From positions 32,001 to 96,000 of IMG/VR virus record IMGVR_UViG_3300002835_000001: a stretch of DNA of 64,000 nt; one strand, 5' to 3'. A model generated the notes under the pieces. It was not told where the DNA came from, did no database searches, and was given only the letters and a program-made list of their open reading frames with translations. The DNA is from a virus (taxonomy: Duplodnaviria; Caudoviricetes). Below, piece after piece: positions 58,024-64,000 of the stretch. The translations under genes and the position numbers were made by a program. Positions within the stretch are counted from its first letter, which is position 1. Each line of letters begins with the position of its first letter.

Positions 58024-59421
58024 TTACTTTATGTTTTTTATGAATGTGATTAATTCTGGAAAATAATCCAAACAATTAATATTTCTTCTAATTTCATATT
58101 GTATTATAAATTCTTTGAAATTTATACGTTCTTTTGTTAAATCAACAATTGGTTCGTTGATAAAATATTCTTTTAATCTAGTTATTTTTTCAATCTCTTT
58201 AAATGAAAACCCCACATCGTCTATTGAGTGTGGTTGACTAAAATTTAAACTTATTTCACATGAATTATCTTTCATGTATTTTTCAAATTGTTCAAAATAA
58301 TCATGGTTTATGTAACCCGATAATAATTTAAAACTTAAAAACGATGGGTATCTTAAATAAGATGTATCCAAAATTATTGCAGAATTCCAATATCTATTGG
58401 GGTTGAAATGTTTTAATTTCAATTCATGTACTTTCTTAATCAGTTGGTTATATGAAAATATACTAAAGATATTAAATGTGGACATTACTACAACGGTAAC
58501 CTTATCCAATTTATGGAGAATTTTTTCTATGTTTGAAATTAAATTGTTAAAGTTCAAACCGTGTCTAATATATTCCGCTTGTTCACCATATGTGTCACAT
58601 GATGTGTAAATTATACACTCCTTTACTCTACCTTCATCTATTATTTTACCAACTTTTTCTATTAACTTATCTATTAGTTCGTCTTCAACACCTAAGTTAC
58701 TATTAATAGATAATTTAAGTTCTTTGTTTGGGGTTTCTTGTTCTAAAATAAAATCTATTACGTTCCAAAAATCTTTAGATAATAATGGTTCTCCTCCTGT
58801 CATTCTAAATGTGTCTAAATTACTATAAAGTTTTGGCCACCACTCCCAAAATGCATTAACGTATGGATTATTTTCTGAATGTTTATATGGTTTTGTTTTA
58901 TTTTTTTCAATTTCATCTAAACCATTAAACTCCATAGATGGTAATTTGTATCCACCATATTTGTTAATTTCTTCCATCCATTTAGATGAATATAAAGGAC
59001 CACAATAAGCACATTTAAAATTACATACGTTTGAAAAACTTACCTCTACGTATTTTGGTATATAATCTTCTCTCCAATGTAATTTACTAATATCTTCAAA
59101 GTGAGGTTCAGACCACGGTTCCGCCGATTTAAATATCCTATCTGAAAATGATGTTGAGTTGTCTTCGATATTCCAACAATATTGACATTCGGACGGGCGT
59201 TTACCCTCCAACATTTCTTTTCTAGCTTGTTTTTTTACCTTACTATTATGTAATGCTGTTGGGTTTCGTTCTAACTCCTCTAAACTTATTTTATGTGGTG
59301 CTGGATGGTGACAAGAATGTGTCATTCCGTTGTGCAAGTGCATAGTGACCTGAGTCCATTTCGCTAAACAGAATCCACAACCAATTTTATCCAACTTTAT
59401 TTTAGTTTCGTTAAAATTCAT
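58024..59421 (-). CDS. Twitch-domain radical SAM protein
   Basis: FCLAKW..SCHH; SNVCNFKCAYC; TGGEP; NSNL. Confidence 0.88.
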   Translation of the reverse strand: MNFNETKIKLDKIGCGFCLAKWTQVTMHLHNGMTHSCHHPAPHKISLEELERNPTALHNSKVKKQARKEMLEGKRPSECQYCWNIEDNSTSFSDRIFKSAEPWSEPHFEDISKLHWREDYIPKYVEVSFSNVCNFKCAYCGPLYSSKWMEEINKYGGYKLPSMEFNGLDEIEKNKTKPYKHSENNPYVNAFWEWWPKLYSNLDTFRMTGGEPLLSKDFWNVIDFILEQETPNKELKLSINSNLGVEDELIDKLIEKVGKIIDEGRVKECIIYTSCDTYGEQAEYIRHGLNFNNLISNIEKILHKLDKVTVVVMSTFNIFSIFSYNQLIKKVHELKLKHFNPNRYWNSAIILDTSYLRYPSFLSFKLLSGYINHDYFEQFEKYMKDNSCEISLNFSQPHSIDDVGFSFKEIEKITRLKEYFINEPIVDLTKERINFKEFIIQYEIRRNINCLDYFPELITFIKNIK

Positions 59422-60812
59422 TATTTCATTTTGACATTTATGAATTTAGTATTTGGATACAAGGTATCGTCTATATTATCAATATCTAAAACATCTAAAA
59501 TTTTGTTTAGTCCATCTTTTTTATAGTTTATCTTACCTTGTTGCATTTCGGTAACAAATCGTTTTTCGTTTCTTGCGGTTGTTTCACCTTTAGCCCATCT
59601 ACCGTTCATGAAACCTTCATCTACGTGTGGTAAACAATAAAATCTACCTTCTCTTCTATATGGTAATATATTTTCAACTACTTCAATATTTTCTTCAATC
59701 ATATTCACATTTGACACTTCTAATTGTTCGGAGAAATTATATCTTAAAACTAAATCATTCTCTCCATCAATTGCATCCATAACATTTTCTTTAAATGTAT
59801 TGAATATTTTAACATCAGCAATTTTACCTTTATATCTGGTATTTGTTTGATTACAAAACCCAAGAAGGAATGGTCTAATTGCGTCATGTGATCTTAAATT
59901 GTTTACAGGAAATGGTATTTCACTTTTAACACCATTCATTTGTGCTGTTAAAGTATCATTAATGTAAAAGAACACTTCATTTGTTTCACTTTTAAATGAC
60001 ATTGTTACCCAAGTCCATAAACCCTCAAACCTTTTTCCCCAATTATAATGTCTCATATTACTCTTATCAAACAATTGCATAGTAATTGCTCTTGAGTTGT
60101 TAAAAGACAATCCCCAAGTCCATGAACCATCTTTTCTAAGTAATGGGTATTCAATAAAACGTTTTTCCGCGTCTCCAACTAACCAAATTGGAACCTTCTC
60201 TGGTTGTTGTTCTGCATTAAAAAGTATTGATATTGTGTGGTCATTATGTAAACAGGAACTAATTTCTCTGTTTGTTTCTAATACAACTAATGTATCTTCA
60301 CCGTTGAATATTCCAACATTTTTATTTTCATATTTTTTAAAGACTTTGCCGGTGGTATAGTTTTCAAAATAACATCTCCAAAATAAATCATCGTCTTCTT
60401 GCCCCCAATCCCAATAATCGTTAGAATAACCATTTATATTATATGCTTGTTCTTTTGTGAATAGAACGACTCCACCAAAATATTGGTCATATCCTAAATT
60501 GTAATTATATTTAGATAACTTAGTTGCAATGTGTAACGGATCTTCGGTTGGGTATGAATAGTCACATTCCTCATGAGATAACATATCTACGTCATGCCAC
60601 GCAACATAGTCACATCCGTCTTCAAAAGCATGGTGTGCTGCGATGTTTTTCATGGCACCTCTGTTAAACAATTTATCGTCTACTTGATGTCCAACATAAA
60701 ATGTGTGGTCAATACCTTTCTCAGTTAAATGTTTTGATAGATGTGGTATTAATCTTTCAATGTGTTCTTTTCTGTTTCTATATGGTATACAGATTCCTAA
60801 TTTATGACTCAT
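59421..60812 (-). CDS. GT7 (beta-1,4-galactosyltransferase-like) with inserted LamG-like domain
   Basis: IPYRNR; FNRG; HDVD; YFGGV; NGYSN.YW.WG.EDDDL; insert WTWVTM..FYIND..YKGKIADVKIFN. Confidence 0.8.
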   Translation of the reverse strand: MSHKLGICIPYRNRKEHIERLIPHLSKHLTEKGIDHTFYVGHQVDDKLFNRGAMKNIAAHHAFEDGCDYVAWHDVDMLSHEECDYSYPTEDPLHIATKLSKYNYNLGYDQYFGGVVLFTKEQAYNINGYSNDYWDWGQEDDDLFWRCYFENYTTGKVFKKYENKNVGIFNGEDTLVVLETNREISSCLHNDHTISILFNAEQQPEKVPIWLVGDAEKRFIEYPLLRKDGSWTWGLSFNNSRAITMQLFDKSNMRHYNWGKRFEGLWTWVTMSFKSETNEVFFYINDTLTAQMNGVKSEIPFPVNNLRSHDAIRPFLLGFCNQTNTRYKGKIADVKIFNTFKENVMDAIDGENDLVLRYNFSEQLEVSNVNMIEENIEVVENILPYRREGRFYCLPHVDEGFMNGRWAKGETTARNEKRFVTEMQQGKINYKKDGLNKILDVLDIDNIDDTLYPNTKFINVKMK

Positions 60813-62230
60813 ATCGATACTGTTACGTGTGTTTCGTTGTTCACCTTGGCGTGTCCAATTTCTTTATATTTACAATTATTTAATCCATCTTCTTTTGTAT
60901 TTTTAGAACCTCTCAAAAGTTCATTATAATATTTCATTTGATTAAATCTAGTGGTTTGTTCCTTCCATGAACCATTTACAAATCCATTTTCCTCATGAGG
61001 TGTTAATCGAAATGTGCCGTTTCTTCTATGAGGAATAAAAACACTTTTTGTTTCTTCAAAATCATAACTTACAATTTCACAATTGTGAATTTGACCATTA
61101 TTATTGTTTCCCGATAAATCAAATAATTGATATCCCTTTATAAATTTAGCGTCATAATATAACTTTAAATTGTCCGTAGATTTATATTCACCAAATTCTT
61201 GAGTTAATCCAAAATTTTTATTTTTTGATATTTCAAGTATTTCATTTTTTTCCAAAATCTTATCAAATACTGCAAATGAATTAATTAATCCACTAAAGTG
61301 TTTTGATTCGTCTTCTTTTTCGGGATTACCAATACCCATATAGAATTTTTTTTGTCTTTTATAATTAAACAATTCATTTACATATGTTTTTGAACCGATT
61401 AATTCACCGTCTTGATAAACATTAATAATTTTTTCGTCTGGATTAATTGTAACGCACATATTTGTTTTGTAGTTAACTTTCTTTTCTGAATTAACGTATA
61501 TTACATTTAGTTCGTCATCATAAATCTCAAAATTATATCTACCATATGAATTATAAGATATTAATAAGTCGGCACCCGGTACACAAAATGCGGCATATGT
61601 ATCGTCATATTTCTCATGATGACATTTAATGTCATCAGGATAAAAAGATATAAAAATGGTAAATGGTTTACCCTGACATATAATATTATTACCTTCAACA
61701 TATGAGTTGTGTCCGTTAAATTTTAATGCTGCGGTGTTACCACCCATCATTTTAATTTCTTTGGTATCTAACGGTAAACGATTTAGAATACATCTAAATA
61801 ATAAATCATCGTCTTCATAACCCCACCCCCAATATTCGTTTGAGTACCCATTAATTTGTTCAAACATATCAATTGGAATCATAGTAACACCCCCAAAGTA
61901 TTCGTCGAATAATGTTCTTTCAAAATTTTTGGGTGATATAAAATTTGTGGCTAAATGTAATGGCTTGTTTGAATAAGAATAATCAACATCAACCGGTACC
62001 ATGTCAACGTCATGAAATACAACGTAATCACATTTTAATTTCTTTGCATAAAGAAATCCGATGTTTAATAATTTACCTCTATTAAAATTTTTAGCATCGT
62101 CTTGTTCGACTATAATTAACTCATAATCAATTCCTTTATTTTTTAAAAATAATTTAATACGTTTTTTAAAAATAATTAAATGATCATACCTATTTCGATA
62201 TGGAACGATGATACCCAATTTTTTATTCAT
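60809..62230 (-). CDS. GT7 (beta-1,4-galactosyltransferase-like) with inserted LamG-like domain
   Basis: VPYRNR; FNRGKLLN; HDVD; YFGGV; WGWGYEDDDL; insert LKFNGHNSYV..VYQDG..FSGLINSFAVFDKIL. Confidence 0.8.
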   Translation of the reverse strand: MNKKLGIIVPYRNRYDHLIIFKKRIKLFLKNKGIDYELIIVEQDDAKNFNRGKLLNIGFLYAKKLKCDYVVFHDVDMVPVDVDYSYSNKPLHLATNFISPKNFERTLFDEYFGGVTMIPIDMFEQINGYSNEYWGWGYEDDDLLFRCILNRLPLDTKEIKMMGGNTAALKFNGHNSYVEGNNIICQGKPFTIFISFYPDDIKCHHEKYDDTYAAFCVPGADLLISYNSYGRYNFEIYDDELNVIYVNSEKKVNYKTNMCVTINPDEKIINVYQDGELIGSKTYVNELFNYKRQKKFYMGIGNPEKEDESKHFSGLINSFAVFDKILEKNEILEISKNKNFGLTQEFGEYKSTDNLKLYYDAKFIKGYQLFDLSGNNNNGQIHNCEIVSYDFEETKSVFIPHRRNGTFRLTPHEENGFVNGSWKEQTTRFNQMKYYNELLRGSKNTKEDGLNNCKYKEIGHAKVNNETHVTVSI

Positions 62231-62470
62231 TTACTTTTTCTTTGGTTTGTCTTCCCGATTCTCATCTTTAGATGTCGATTCAACCTCATTTTCTAACACC
62301 GATTTATGCCATTGATGTAAATAAAATTGGATTCTACTGCTCCAATCTTCTTTGTCAATCTCTTCAAACCAAATTGTTAATGCATCCATTGAATTGGCAA
62401 TTTTTTCTAGTGCCTTTACTTTACGTTGTTCTAAAAGTAATTGTTCCGTTTTTTCTTCTTTTTCTGTCAT
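62231..62470 (-). CDS. hypothetical protein
   Basis: ORF track. Confidence 0.6.
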   Translation of the reverse strand: MTEKEEKTEQLLLEQRKVKALEKIANSMDALTIWFEEIDKEDWSSRIQFYLHQWHKSVLENEVESTSKDENREDKPKKK

Positions 62471-63318
62471 ATTGATATTATTTTTTTAATTAATTTATTC
62501 CATTGTTTATATCTTTTAAATTCGGGTTCTCCGTATGAATGTTCAATCATAAAATCTTTATGGTTAACATCAATTTTAAATTTACTTTTTCTTAAACTGT
62601 GGTACATCGTCGCATATTCATTTGAGTATGCATATTCTTGTTTCACATCAGCAACTGATTTAATCCTATCAATACAGGTTTTATCCCACTTGAAGTGGTG
62701 TACTTGCACATATTCATTTGGATTAATTAGTGGGTGGTTCCATCCTTGCCATTTCCAAGTTGTTTGTCCATCAATTTTGGTATAGTGTTGACCTGATGTA
62801 ATTTCAATATGTCCTTTCATTACGCATATCTTATTAGGACATGCTTTACTCATTGGGTATCTAAAAAATCCCATAACGGGAAATTGTTCAAATATCAGTT
62901 TGTCTTCTTTTATTTCAGAAAACTCTCCATCTTCACCTATTCTATCAATGAATCCACCTCTAACAACATCCCACCCATTCTCATCACAATTACTAATTAA
63001 TTTTCTTAAATCATCTTCAGGATATAAATGAAATTCATCAATGTCGGCAACTACCCACCAATCATTTGGTTGTGTGTTCTTAACAAAATTATATAATTGT
63101 GTAACCTTCTCCCAATCAAAAACTCTATTCTTAATAACCTTAATAATTTTTACATTATCATGATTATCAATCAGTTCTTTAACTTCATTACCTAATAGCG
63201 GGTACATCTCGGTTTCATAAACGGCAATGTTTATTTCATCAACATATTTTTTATAATGATTAATAAAATGTGGTAGTAAATTTGTTCCGTGACCTATAAC
63301 AGTAACTAATCGAATCAT
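62467..63318 (-). CDS. GT-A glycosyltransferase (GT2-like)
   Basis: LLPHFINHY; WWVVADIDEF; VHHFKW. Confidence 0.75.
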   Translation of the reverse strand: MIRLVTVIGHGTNLLPHFINHYKKYVDEINIAVYETEMYPLLGNEVKELIDNHDNVKIIKVIKNRVFDWEKVTQLYNFVKNTQPNDWWVVADIDEFHLYPEDDLRKLISNCDENGWDVVRGGFIDRIGEDGEFSEIKEDKLIFEQFPVMGFFRYPMSKACPNKICVMKGHIEITSGQHYTKIDGQTTWKWQGWNHPLINPNEYVQVHHFKWDKTCIDRIKSVADVKQEYAYSNEYATMYHSLRKSKFKIDVNHKDFMIEHSYGEPEFKRYKQWNKLIKKIISI

Positions 63319-64000
63319 TTTTTCTTATTAATAATGGTTATACCACTTGATGATGGTTTATCCATTAATATACGAAAATTATGTAAATTAATCAAATTAT
63401 AGTCGGTATTTTTTTCAAGTTCTTTAACAAACTTTGCCGGACCATTAAATTTATGGTGGTCTTTTTTTGAATCTTCGGAAACAATTAACGTTTCTTCATA
63501 GTTCTCATCTGTATCGTGTATAATTATTATACCATTATCTGACATTATCTTTGAATATAATTCAAAATCGGTTTTAACTCCTTCATATGAGTGGTCACCA
63601 TCAATGAATAGTACGTCTATTTTAATATCTTGTCTAACAAAAAAATCATAATACGCGTCGACAGAAGTCGATTTAATAAACCTCGGATAAAAATTTGTCC
63701 TGTAGAATGATTCTTCATTATCCAAATCGTTTGGACCACCAATACCATTGCAAGCGTCAACAACGTAAGTAACCCCAATGTTACCCCAATTATAGTCTCC
63801 ATTTCCTTCAAATATATTTTGTTTATGTAAATCAATTCTCGCTTGTGTCATGATTCTTGGTATAAACCCTCCTCCTGACCCTATACAGACGCAAATTTTA
63901 CCTCTCATGTGTTGGATGATAGAATATACCAAAAGGCCGTCACCCATGTGTAAATCGGTTGCACCGTGTGTCCAACGATATGGTACCGGTTCATCACCAT
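63315..64000 (-). CDS. class I SAM methyltransferase (Methyltransf_24-like), 5' end outside window
   Basis: VCIGSGGG; DVLFIDGDHSYEGV..DF; GIIIIHD; frame stays open to the window edge (GDEPVPYRWTHGATDLHM). Confidence 0.8.
   Translation of the reverse strand, partial: GDEPVPYRWTHGATDLHMGDGLLVYSIIQHMRGKICVCIGSGGGFIPRIMTQARIDLHKQNIFEGNGDYNWGNIGVTYVVDACNGIGGPNDLDNEESFYRTNFYPRFIKSTSVDAYYDFFVRQDIKIDVLFIDGDHSYEGVKTDFELYSKIMSDNGIIIIHDTDENYEETLIVSEDSKKDHHKFNGPAKFVKELEKNTDYNLINLHNFRILMDKPSSSGITIINKKK

Noticed and set aside
380-63835. Many short (60-110 aa) track ORFs antisense or out of frame to larger genes, such as 3420..3671, 7468..7767, 18677..18982, 43966..44160 and 63617..63835
   Set aside because: They are nested in well-supported genes and show no motifs; likely spurious.
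1-64000. Stop-codon reassignment (alternative genetic code)
   Set aside because: Long intact ORFs with recognisable domains tile the window in the standard code, and TAA, TAG and TGA all end genes.

Overview
This window is an AT-rich, gene-dense 64 kb segment of a large tailed dsDNA phage with T4-like/jumbo character. It uses the standard genetic code. The host is most likely Bacteroidota: TTTG-N19/20-TAnnTTTG promoters precede three transcription units, start codons lack Shine-Dalgarno motifs, and IscA/IscU resemble Bacteroidota proteins. Layout: (1) 1-16 kb, minus strand: a multi-domain lysin, thioesterase, HAD phosphatase, an IscA-ferredoxin-IscU Fe-S cassette, tandem PcfJ-like genes, NlpC/P60, ThyA and a DNA methyltransferase. 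(2) 17.4-30.7 kb, plus strand: a glycan biosynthesis operon with GT4/GT2 glycosyltransferases, DegT aminotransferase, methyltransferases, acyltransferase, PhyH dioxygenase, FabH, SDR and epimerase. (3) 31.2-38 kb: one unusual tRNA, three lectin/fibrinogen-like virion accessory proteins and a 1450-aa Ser/Thr-rich fibre. (4) 38-64 kb, minus strand: a large modification-enzyme cluster with six radical SAM enzymes, 2OG-Fe(II) oxygenases, sulfotransferase-like proteins with APS kinase, carbamoyltransferase and GT7-LamG fusions. Three observations stand out. An ATP-grasp-like/Hint-domain protein looks built to release a 42-aa, 8-Cys C-terminal peptide. A K-[TS]-L-[IL]-stop-like C-terminal tag is shared by 11 otherwise unrelated proteins of the modification cluster. 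A tRNA has a serine-type body but a CCG (Arg) anticodon. All family assignments come from motif recognition by eye; no database searches were run.
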